Assembly: GCA_030390025.1 (NCBI GenBank)
Contig: CM059443.1
Coordinates: 23,622,001 to 23,686,000 of the forward strand
From: Squalus acanthias
Lineage: Eukaryota
Reading direction: 5' to 3'
Length of the DNA stretch: 64,000 nt
The stretch's first letter is position 1, and each line of letters opens with the position of its first letter. Positions 30,101-42,100 of the stretch are shown one piece after another. The notes beneath the pieces were generated by a model that was given only the letters and a program-made list of their open reading frames with translations, did not search any database and was not told the origin of the DNA. Position numbers and translations under genes: made by a program.

Positions 30101-33100
30101 AGGTTAAAGATGCATTTGAATTATTTGTGTATGTATTTGTATAATTAATAGTTGAAAATCAAAATAAATATAATCAAGAACTTTACTACCAGTGTTTTGG
30201 AGATGTTTGCTGGTCTTTGTGATGATTGTTCTATGCTGTTTGGAGTACTTGTGTCTGAATTGTTTAATACAGTGGGCCTCCTTGTGCTCCTTTAAAATTG
30301 TATAACTACATGCAAGTGGAGGATTTATACTCTGGAATTAACATGTCTGGCGCAGAGTGCAGTGGTGTACTAGTCGTGCTACTGAACTAGCTGCTCTGAG
30401 GTTGAGAGTTTAAATCCCACCATGACTAGTTGTGAAATTGAATTCAATATATCTAGTAACTAATCTAATGATAGACAAAATTACCATGAAAGCTGTTGGG
30501 TTGTTGTAAGAGCCCAAATGGTTTACTTATGTCCTTTTTAAGGAAAGGAACTTGCCAGCCTAGTAAGAAATACTAGGGACACCTAGGAATGGGCAATAGA
30601 TGTAGCCTCGCACAACCTGAGAACAAATACTTTTAAAACTTAGTCCCGTGCTGATATTAATATCATCATTTCAATGCTGGTATAAGTTTGCAGGTGTGCT
30701 GGTTGATTTCCGGTGAGAACTGAAATTAAGTGAAGAAAATTGTTTTGTTGTCGTGCAGATGACATTCAGCAGTTGAAAAGTTTTGATGTCTTTTTGCAGC
30801 CAGAACCACTTAGAAATGAAGTGGCTTCTGAACCAGAAGAGACATTAAAAGAAAAAGAAGATAAGGAAGAGGATGCAGTAAGTACCAATTTCTATAGAGA
30901 CTGATTTGGCAACTCGCTGTTGCCTAAAGCAATTTTGCGCTAAAGCACAAGTGTTTAAAAAATGTTTCAAAAAATTCAAGCACAAAATTTCAACGAGGGG
31001 ATTCTACATTATGCTGTTGCTGCTCACTCAAGTATGCTTGCTGCACTAAGTTAAATACTTTGTCCAGTTTATCAAACTTCGTAAGTAACTTCTCTGGGAT
31101 CCTTTTGGTAATGTTAGGATTTGTCATTCTGTCCTTAATAATTGCCACTTAAATAATTTAACCTTTGTTGGTTTTTCACTTGACTTGGAGTTGCTTCCTG
31201 TTATCTTCAGTTCCTTTTGAAAATGGTTTGCTTGAAAAGAGTTGTTGCTTAAGGCATACACTCTTCTGTACGTTACTAAGTGACTGTTAAAGTATCTTCT
31301 ACTTAAAACACAATTAGAATTCAGTGCACATACAATGTTAAATTCAGCAGCACAACCCTTGGATTGCTACGATCTTGTATTTCAAAAAATGTTAGTTAAA
31401 TATTCTGAAGTATAAACTATTACTGAAAATAATTTGCAAGTAAGTACATGTTGGTCATTATTATAGTGGCATGCTAGTTTTATGTAGAAAATTAAGGGCT
31501 TAAGCACAATCATAACCCATTGATGTTTGCTGAGTAATCAAACAAGCACACAGCTTGTATTTATATAGAAAAACGTCCCAAGGTGCTTCATGGTGTTGTA
31601 ATCAGAAAATTAACACTGAATCAAAGGAGCAGATAATAGGAGGGGTGACCACAAAGGTTTAGTCAAACAGGTGAGTTTTAAGGAAGGTCTTTGAGGAGAG
31701 AGGGGTGGGGAGACAGAAGGGTTCAGGGAGGGAATTTCCGAGCTGAAGGCATGGCCAGCAGTGGCGGGACAAAAGGAGTGGGGGCAGGAACAAATGGCCA
31801 GATCAGAAGAACAGTGAGTCATGGGGTGGGGGTTTATACTGCTGTAGAAGGTTATGGAGATTGGGGCCATGAAGGGATTTAGCAGGAGGATGAATATTTT
31901 CTGTTGGACTGGGAGCCAATGTAGGTCAGCGAGGACAGGGGTGATGGATGAGTGGGACTTGCTGCAGGGTAGGACAACAGAGTTTTAGATGAGCTGAGGT
32001 TTACGGAGAATGGAAGGTGGGATGTCGACCAGGAGTGCATTGGAATAGTCAAGTCTGGCGGTGACAGAGCTACTCTGGCTCCGATCAGTTCGCTAAGTGG
32101 GACCGTGCGAGGGCATTCCCGCTGAGATGGGCAACGGAAGAGGTCCTGGAGGGTAATGGTATGATCAACCCTGTCAAAGGCTGCATAGAGGTCAAGGAGG
32201 ATTACACAGCACAGAAACAGGCCATTCGGCCCAACCAGTCCATGCCGGCGTTTATGCTCCACTCGAGCCTTCTCCCGTCTTTCTTCATCTAACTCTATCA
32301 GCATAACCCTCTATTCCCTTCTCCCTCATATGCTTATCTAACCGCCCCTTAAATGCATAATTTTTGCAAATCCATCATCATGGATAATGCACCATAGTCA
32401 CAGAAGACACTTGTGGCTTTGGTTTGGATCTTTTCAGTGCTGTGGCAGGGGTGAAAAGCTTTATTGGAGAGATTTAAACAGGGAGTTGCAGGAAAGATGG
32501 GTATAGATTTGGGAAGTGACGACACATTTGAGCACTTTGCAGAGGAAAGGGAGGTTGGAGATGGCGGTAGTTTGCAAAGACAGAGGGGTTGAGGATTCAT
32601 TCTTTGAGGTGGGGGGTGATCATGTGGGTTTAAAAAAGGGGAGAGGGACTGTACCTGAGGGGGGAGAGTGCCATTTACAATGTCAGCTCGTATGGGTGTC
32701 AGGAAGGGAAGTTAGGTGATCCGCTTAGTGGGAATAGGGACAAAGGAGCGGGAAATGGATCTCATGGACAAGATAAGCTCTGAGAACACTTGAGGGGAGA
32801 TAGAATAGAAACTAGAGAAAAATGTGGGTTCATGGCTAGGGCATGTAAAAGACTAATTTGTGTATCAGAATATGGGGTTCGGAAACAATTTGATTAGAAT
32901 TTAAGAAAAGTCCTCTCTTAAAAGGTTCATATTCCTTTTTGTATTCCATCTTAATTGTGCTACCGAGTTGTGTTGGATATTCCAGTATATTTAAGTAATA
33001 CATACCTCAAAATATTCGGTTTGCCAAAATGTTTGTATGTGCACGTCGCAAATTTGTGAAGTGTGCAAATGTAAATAAATAAGACCAGGGCTACAATACA

Positions 33101-36100
33101 ATAGGGACTGCAGTTGTATTATGTTCAATTAGTGGTGTAGCTAAGCACAGTGCTGTCTATTAACTCAACAGCACCACCAACAGGAATTTTATTATTCTCT
33201 AGTTACAAAGTGCACATCAAAACACAACCCCAAATTGAATGGCACTTTGGTACAATCCCAGTCACTTATAGCAGGCGCGTTCGTGTAAACGCGATTTGCC
33301 CGTTGTATGAGATGGCCGGTATAATGGGAAAGAAATACATATTTGAAATATACTTATAAGGGACTGAGAGTGTTGGAATCACCCAGCTTTGGGACACCTC
33401 ATCTAAATTGTTTCCGGACTGTCGGGTCAGGAGATAGGCTCAAATTAAACAAACTTGACAAAGTCTGTGAATTTCTCCCAATCCTTATTCCTGGAACAGA
33501 TTCCGTCCTTCAGGGATCAATAAATAGTTTATATAAAACTCCCATCAGGCAATGCTTGTGCTCCTCTTGCCCATTAGTTCTAATCTACAATCAGTTTATA
33601 ATCTCAGGACATAGTTTCTGGCATCAAACTGCACGGTTCAGATGCTGACCACTGATATTCAGTGTAGTCGCAGGGTCAGTGTTAATGTTTGACAGGTGAT
33701 CACCATTTTTAATAAAGACGTTATTGCCTGAAGCACGTTTAAAGTCTCGAACTAGATGTTGCCACAGCTGCCAGAGCTTTCTATTTTGACTCGCGAACCA
33801 CTGTTAAGTGCTTGGAGCAGACAGCATAATTAAAGAAACCGCACATTCCGGGCTGATGCCACATTGTGTTAATTATGCCAGCTACAATTTGCAGAGCATG
33901 ATGCAAATTAAGAGACTGAACTTAATTGGTGAAAGAATTGCTTTTTGCGTTTCTTGGAGGGTATCAGATTGAATAAAAAAGACAGCATTTCTGTTTCTGC
34001 CTAAACTAAACTGAGCACTTAAGACACCATAACCAGCCACTATAGAAATTGACGTTAACGCAACTGGATTATAGTTATCGCCTTTTGCCTGAGAAAACGA
34101 CTGCCCGTGTTAAACACCGACCTTTAAGTAGTGGGGCCTGTATTAAGATTTTCTGATTGCTGTGCCACTACTGCATTAGAAGTCGTCAAAACACAAGAAG
34201 AAGAAACATAAGAAAGACAAGTCAAAAGAAGAAAAGAAATCAAAGAAAAAGAAACACCACAGTGACGAAGAGGCACCAGAGTCTGTTCAGAATGGCAGCT
34301 TGGACGATGAGCCCTTACCGGTATGTTCATTTGTACACTATAGCAGATATTGAGATTCAGGGTGATGGTGGTCCTTTTATACAGAGAGAACTGTCAAAAA
34401 TAAATGCTATTGAATAAAAATTGTGGATATTTATGTTGTGCTTTTATTGCTGTTCCCCTGCTATGAGGTCCTTTGTCTTACAGAAATCAATGTGATAAAT
34501 GGGAAACCGCTTCAAAATGTTTAAATTTGCAGACCCTAATGAGAAATCATTTAATTAAGTCAAGCAACATTGTGTATTAAATATTGCAAGTAACCTTCAG
34601 GCTCATAAGCTAATTTTTTAAGTTTAAATTTTTTTTTGAGGCATTCCCCTTTTTCTCTCCCTTTTCTGCCCATCGAGTCTGTCTGAACCACACACCAGCT
34701 ACAGGTGAGGGGCGGGAGGGTAACTTGTTCTCTGGCATTCTTTAATGGCCATTGGTAAGTCTGGCCTACTAACTATTTTCCTGCCTATTTAATGCTTGAA
34801 TTAAAAAGCCAGCAAATATGTATGTGCATGGGACATGTGAAAGAATATACAGTAGTTGACAGTTTAAATCTAGCAAACCTAACCCAAGAAAAAAAGTGAA
34901 CTATCTTTACAACCAGTCACAAGTTGAAAAGCTTCTGACGAGACTAATCTTTAATACGTATAGCAACCAGGTTTCAAACACACATGGCTTGGTTGAATGT
35001 TTTTTTCTGAACATGCTTCAATATTTGGCCATTTTATATAATCCTGTGTTCTCAGAAATACTGCGACAAATCTAACTCACAAGAATTAAGTGTGAAGTGT
35101 TTCTGAAAAGCTCACATGATGGGGATTATTGAAGCTTTAGAAAGGGTCCAGAGAAGGGCCGTAAGATAATTTGCAGTTTAAAATAGCTTGGTTTCCCAGA
35201 TAGGCTCAACGAGCTGGGTCTCTATATTTTAGAGAAGTGCAGACGTATGGGTAATTAGATTGAGATGTATAAAATAATGAAGGGACTAGCTTAGTTTATG
35301 TAGGCCTATTATTTCAACTGGATAGGTTAGGGAGGACATGGGGTCGTGCTTATAAGTTATGTAAGGACAGAACTAGGTTGGATGTTAGGCTGTTCTTGTC
35401 CCAGAGAACAGTGGACCAGTGGAATAGGTTGCCATCTCATGCCAGGAACGATGATTTGCTGTATTCCTTCAAGTGATAGCTGGGCCTGTTTCTGGTTGGG
35501 GTGGGGGTTCATGTTTTACAAGAAATAGGTATCCTGCAGGGTCTCACTGATCTCCTGGAATAGTTTCAATTGCCTTAGGCGGTCAGAGGAATTTTGCTAT
35601 TTCTCTTCCTCCCCACCCCCCCCCCCGCCAAATTGGCCTGTGCTTTTTGCCCCCCCCCAGGAGATTACATGGCTCCGACTGGATGGGGAGTGGATGCGTC
35701 ACAACTGTGTTGGATAGGCTGGATGGATCACTGGGTCATTTCGTATCATTTTTTGTATATTCATATGTCTGACTGACTGTTTTTAATATTTTACAGCCAA
35801 TGTCCAGCTACTACCTTCTGGCAGAAAATTCCTATGTTAAAATGGTGAGTACCATAATACTTCAGTATAAATTGTTACAGTATTGTTATGCAAGTTACAT
35901 TTTTTTATGAAGCATTGTATTTTTTAAATAGCTCCAGAATATTTGTTCTTCAAATTTTTCCTGCTTTATTTAATCCCCATTCATACCTGTTTCCATTTCT
36001 TGCACCTTCCTCCAGGTGGGAAACCATATGGTCTCGAGTATGGCTTGTACTGCACACCTGTGATCAGATTCCATACAGTTGTAGCTAGCAGATTATTTTT

Positions 36101-39100
36101 TTAATACAGATGTTTCTGTAACTCTCTTTCAGTTTACAACACAAATGTAAAAGTTTGTGATACCCTGTAATACAAATGGTACAACAGGTTCGGGTCACAC
36201 TGGTAATTATAGCTCAAGTGGATGTGACCATCAAGTTGCAAACAACTGCATTACCATCGCCGAATCCCCCACTATCAACATCCTCGGGCGGGGGGGGGGG
36301 GCGCGTCACCATTGACCAGAAACTTAACTGGACCAGCCACATAAATACTGTGGCAACAAGAGCAGGTCAGAGGCTAGGTATTCTGCAGTGAGTGTCTCTC
36401 CTCCTGACTCCCCAAAGCCTTTCCACCGTCTACAAGGCACAAGTAAGGAGTGTGATGCAATACACTCCGCTTGCCTGGATGAGTGCAGCTCCAACAACAC
36501 TGAAGAAGCTCGACTCCATCCAGGACAAAGCAGCCCGCTTGATTGGCACCCCATCCACCACCTTAAACATCCACTCCCTCCACCACCTGCGTACTGTGGC
36601 TGCAGTGTGTACCATCTACAAGATGCACTGCAGCAACTCGCCAAGGCTTCTTCGGCAGCACCTCCCAATCCCGCGACCTCTTCCACCTAGAAGGACAAGG
36701 GCAGCAAGCGCATGGGAACACCACGAACTCCAAGTTACACACCATCCTGACTTAGAAGTATATTGCCGATCCTTCATCGTCGCTGGGTCAAAATCCTGGA
36801 ACTCCCTCCCTAACAGCACTGTGGGAGTACCTTCACCACACGGACTGCAGCGGTTCAAGAAGACTGCTCACTACCACCTTCTCGAGGGCAATTAGAGATG
36901 GGCAATAAATGCTGGCCTTGCCAGCGATGCCCACATCCCATATACGAATTTTAAAAAAATGTACAATTGATTAGTGTACCACCCCAGAATTATAACTGTA
37001 GGGAGGCGTATAAACCAACTGAAATATGTCCTAAGAAATAGGAGCAGGCCACTCGGCCCTTCGAGCCTGCTCCACCATTCAATACGATCATGCTGATATT
37101 CTACCTCAACTCCACCTTCCTGCACTATCCCCATATCCCTTGGTTTCCTTAGTATCCAAAAATCTATTGATGTCTGATGGGTACCTTACTGGAACAGACT
37201 GATGATTGCAGTAAGACTACATGCAAGCTTCATAGAGCTGGAGAACATCAAGTGGAGATGTAATCACATGTCTTTCATTCTATACCATCAAGCAGCAGAA
37301 GGCCACACATTGAGAAGGAGCCATAGCAGAGAGAAAAAATTGCATCAAAGACTGAGTCCTTGATGATGATTGGAGTATGAGAATAGCAGGCAAAGGGATC
37401 GTTGCTGAACATAGCATGAGAAAACGGGCCCTTCGTTATCCACTCCTCTGATTTTTCCCTTCTCCCCCCCCCCCCCCCCGGCCCACAGCATGTTTCACCA
37501 ATAACTGGAGATGTTTGTTCAGGGAAATCAACAATGTTTTAGAAAGGGAACTTTGTATACTCTTAATTTGATAAATAAATTCACATTTAGTTCTTCACCT
37601 TGTGGTTTTTTTTTGTAAGTGCCAGCAGTTGCTTGCAGTACCAGTTGTGCCTGTAGGTGGTGCCATGATAGGCATTTTCAGTAGCAAATGCTTGTCCTGT
37701 GATGTTAGGTGCAAAGCGCTCCCCTAGCATTTGGTTTTGGCAGCGAAACCTCCTACAGGAAACTCTCTTTTAACCGGCACCCAAATAACCGGAAATCTCT
37801 CTTAACCGGCAAAATTCTTGAGTTGGTTTTCCTTCATCTCTCCTTTAAAAATAACTTTAAAATAAACCCCGAGGCGTTTGCCTTGTGTCGGAGCATGTAG
37901 ATTGGGAGGGGAATGTGCAGCCCGGGTAGGCAGCGGACACGACAGATGGTCAGCTGGCGGTCCCCGGGGAGACGGAGCTCCGAATGCAGGCGCATGTCAG
38001 TGTGTACGGGGCTCTCATACGTTGGGAGATATAACTCTCCATTATCCGGACTTTTTGATTAACCGGCACCACGCCGGTCCCGTCGGTGCCGGTTAATAAA
38101 GAGTTTCCTGTATATAGCTCCATAATAAAGACACAGTATTTTCAAGAGTGCTGTGGTATATCCAGTTTTGCTGCAATCAGTCTGTTCCAGTAAGATTGAC
38201 AGTCTGAAAAAACACTTTACCAACCTGCCAGTACAGAAACCCCTCGATACTAATCACCTGAAAAAGCAGTCTCCAAAAGTATTACTGAAATTTTAAACGG
38301 CATCATATTCAGCATCCCTTTTCAGCCCTCCTCCGCCCCAGACCCAAAAACTCCCAAACGATGGAAAGTGCTACAGGCTCGACTAGCGGAACCTCATTCT
38401 TTACCAGCATTCACAGGCAAGCTAGACCCCCCCCCCCGGAAATGCAGGAAACGCGAATCCAAAAGACAAAGTCGGAGGCCTAATTAGGATGGAAAACCAC
38501 TTCTGCCCATCGCCATTGAGTGGGAAGTCCAGTGAATTCATTTTCCCATCCCACCCCCAACAGCACAAAGTTGTCCTTCTAGTAGTTCAATAAACCTGAT
38601 GCAATTCGCCACAATTAACTTAAAACCACATGATCAACACCATGCGACACAGTCTGAGTTGGGGGAAAGGAATGAAGCTTATGTGAAATCCCCACCACTA
38701 ATCTGAAAGGCCACCAATGCCCTTTCTCTTTCTCCCTTCCCCCCCCCCCCCACCCCAAAAAAACCTGTCAAGAAAAGACAGGCTTAGCAGTGACAGCTGC
38801 ACCATCCAACCCCTGTGGCTAAAGAATGTTTGCTGCCTTGTCTTTCCGCCATCCAGTCCTCTTATTTTCTCTCCTTTGCCCCTCCCATCGTTCCTCCTTG
38901 AGCTGCATACTGTACTTGGTCTTGATTCCCTGTGTGCAATGCCATGGGAATTTGACTAGTGTATTAAATATATTGAATGCTTTTTGTAGTGTAAAATGAT
39001 TATTTAAATACATAAACGTATTTCATTTTTTTTAAACTGTTTACTAGATGTGTGATATTCAAGGAAATCTTCAGGATGGAAGTCAAGTGGTTGTATCGGT

Positions 39101-42100
39101 TATCTTTGAAAACCAAAGTAGCGGTTATCTCAAGTCAATGGAGTTCAATGTTTTAGACTCTCTCAACACTAAACTGGTCCGATCAGAAGGGTCCTCCATA
39201 CACGATGGTATATCGGTTCCTTTCCAGCTTCCACCAGGTAAGACACTTCATTGATATGGCACGATCAGTAATTTTATTTGCTTCTAGGATTACATTTTGA
39301 GATAACTCCTAACTATTTGAGCATTGCTCTAGAAATTGGTTTTAAACTTCTTGAGCTTTACCACAAATTAAATGCCTGAAGAATAAACATAATATTGTAC
39401 AACTACAAAGGGGAATAAAAAAACTGCAGTTGCTGGAAATTAAAGTGCTGGAAATAAGAAGCAGCTCAGTCAGCATCTGTGGAGAGAAAAGGCAGGTTAA
39501 CGTTTTGGGTCCTCGGGGAGGGTCTCAGTGCTTTAGGGATTTTGACTGACCTGTGTATTTCTCTCTTTCTGGTTTCATTTTACAATATCTCACCAAGTTG
39601 TACATTTTCTTACACTTGTTCAAATAAGTTTTTCACAGTGATGGACAAATTGCTGTCATTCACTTATTCTCGTGTCACTTCCTCTACGTAACATACATGA
39701 ATAGTTACCTTCCTTTTGGTGGTAGTGCACTATTTTCAGTCACACGGTCTGTCAACATTTGGTTTTGCCATGCTTGCTTTGTTCCCCAACATGTCCGTGG
39801 AGGAGTTCACGCACCACAGGAGAAAAGGGACAGCAATCTGTATAAACTCAAAACAACAGTGGAACTGTGTGCATGCTGGAAGGCTGCAACACAAGCCTTG
39901 GGTTCTGATGAAATTGTGAAACCATTTGGGCGTTGTATATTTCTGTGTGCCCAGTAGAATTACTTGAACTGATCGCTGTTGAATTATATTTAACTGTTGC
40001 ATGTCTAAGAAAACTAACCTATTGAATTGCATTTTGTTTCTGAAGAAGTTTCAAATGAAGCTCGGTTTGTGTTTACTGTGGAAAGCATCGTCATGCCACA
40101 AAAACTGAAAGGAACACTTACATTTATAATAAAAGTAAGTTCAATCAGTGGCTAGTTTTTCTGTTTCTGTATTTTCTTTGCATTATATTCAGTCTTTCAT
40201 ATTTCTATTTTTTTCCCCCCCCAGACAGATGATGGATCTTCTCATGAAAAACTTGATTTTAAGTTACACTTCACTTGCACTTCGTACATGATCACAACGC
40301 CTTGTTATAGGTTTGTTTTCAAATTCTTCTGTTTTACTGGGAAAGTTCTGCTTTATGAAAACTTCAGGGGATCCCAAAACAGCTCAAACAAGAATGATAC
40401 TTCATTATATAGTCATGAGGTGGTGATACCGTTAATATGAACTCACTGAAGTCAGAATAGAAAACAGTCAAATGTGCAATCAACATCTGAAGTGAAAGAC
40501 AGGTTAACATTTTAGGTGAGATCCTTCATTAGAAGTCTGTACTAGCAATTTAGTTGCAGCTAACTAATGACAGACCTGCGGTACTTTGCATCACCCGGTT
40601 TGTTCGATGGTCTTGGGTAAATGATGTACATTTATTCTGTTTCCAGTTATTTGCAGCAGAGTACTTTATGCCATTGAATGTGCACACATCCTAGATCTTT
40701 AATTCCTGTAGTGGGCGGTATGATGTGGTGGCATGCTACTTCAGTTTTACTGGTAAATGAGTAAAGCAGCCAGTGTGGTTCTTGTTAATTTGTGTAAAGC
40801 TATGCTTCTGTAAAACCATAATCCTTCAATAGGAGCATCCTGTTCTTCCCCTTGTTCTATCTTTTCAGTTTAATTCCTGGTATTCGTATCTGGAATAATT
40901 GCTCAACATCGTAATGATATTGGGTTGGAGTGTCTGCTGCAATAAAGTGGCTCCAATGTTTCTTGTACACAGCAACCTTGGTGTTTGAGAGCTGTTGCAA
41001 GGTTATTTTAATATATTGGACAACTGATTAAATTGCAGGAATTGACAAGACTTTGCTAAAGGTCTGTTGATTGAGAACTGAACAAGCAGGAACTTGCACC
41101 GCTGAACTCCAGTCAGGGTCGTTCATGTGTTTAGCTCCTTGTGTAGTACTTGTGACACAACAGCAACATAAACAATAATATAAATAAATCTGATAACTTG
41201 TTGAGCTTATGACCAGTAAACGCAGGCATCATGTGTATTAACTGGGGTATGCCAGCAAATACAGCAATGTAATTTAGTGGTTATGGTACAGGGCAAGCAA
41301 CCCCTGACCAGTTGTAAATTCAGTAAATCTTTTAATTTGTGGGCTGACAGCAGGTGAAAAAATCTCCATGTAAGCTGTTAATATAACCCAACTGGTTCAC
41401 TGCAGTCCTTCAGGGAAGGCAACCTGCCATTCCTTTCTGGCCTGGCCTATATGTGACTCCAGTTCCACTGCGTAGTTGACTCTTAATGCCCAATGAAGTA
41501 GCCTTGCAGGCTTCTCAGTTGTAAAAACAATTACTTCTCAAAAAGGTGCCCCCACCACCTTGGGGAACTAAGGATGGGCAATAAATGTAGCCTTGTCGGC
41601 TACTGAGAACAGCAGCAGGAACTCCGCACCATTCCTGCTTCATGTCTTAAGTGTTCTTCAAACTGGAGCATGGCAAGAATCAGCGGGCACAATGATTCCA
41701 ATATATGGGATAGGTAATGGTAAATTGAGTAAGTGCAGGTAAACTTTACTCCTGATGAGGCTAGTTGTTGGGAAGGTTTGAGACCGAGTAAAACAAATTG
41801 TTTGAGGTCTTTTTTCATTCACAGTCTGAGCTCAAGTTGTGCTTCTTGTGGCTGTATTGACGTTCTCACACTGCCTTACAAATTGGTCCTTTCTTTTTTT
41901 ATTGAAAGCTTCTTGATTACATAGTACCATTTCTAAATGCTTCCTCTTTACTTTTGCAGTGACGCATTTGCAAAATTGCTAGAATCTGGTGAACTAAAGA
42001 TAAGTTCAATAAAAGTAGATGGAATAAGTATTTCCTTCCAGCTCCTTCTGGCAAAGATTTGCTTTCATCACCACTTCTCAGGTACTTGTTTCTAGACACA

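Noticed and set aside
30759-30799. Upstream alternative acceptor (tcgtgcAG) for the 30800 exon
   Set aside because: Adds 41 nt and reaches an in-frame TGA after 5 codons
33251-34072. Possible old Tigger-like element (tacaatcccagtcactta ... taacgcaactggattata)
   Set aside because: Terminal match too degenerate to call by eye
5712-38760. Several long poly-C tracts (e.g. near 5712, 9656, 19209, 24299, 25500, 37465)
   Set aside because: Simple homopolymers common in such genomes; no evidence of function
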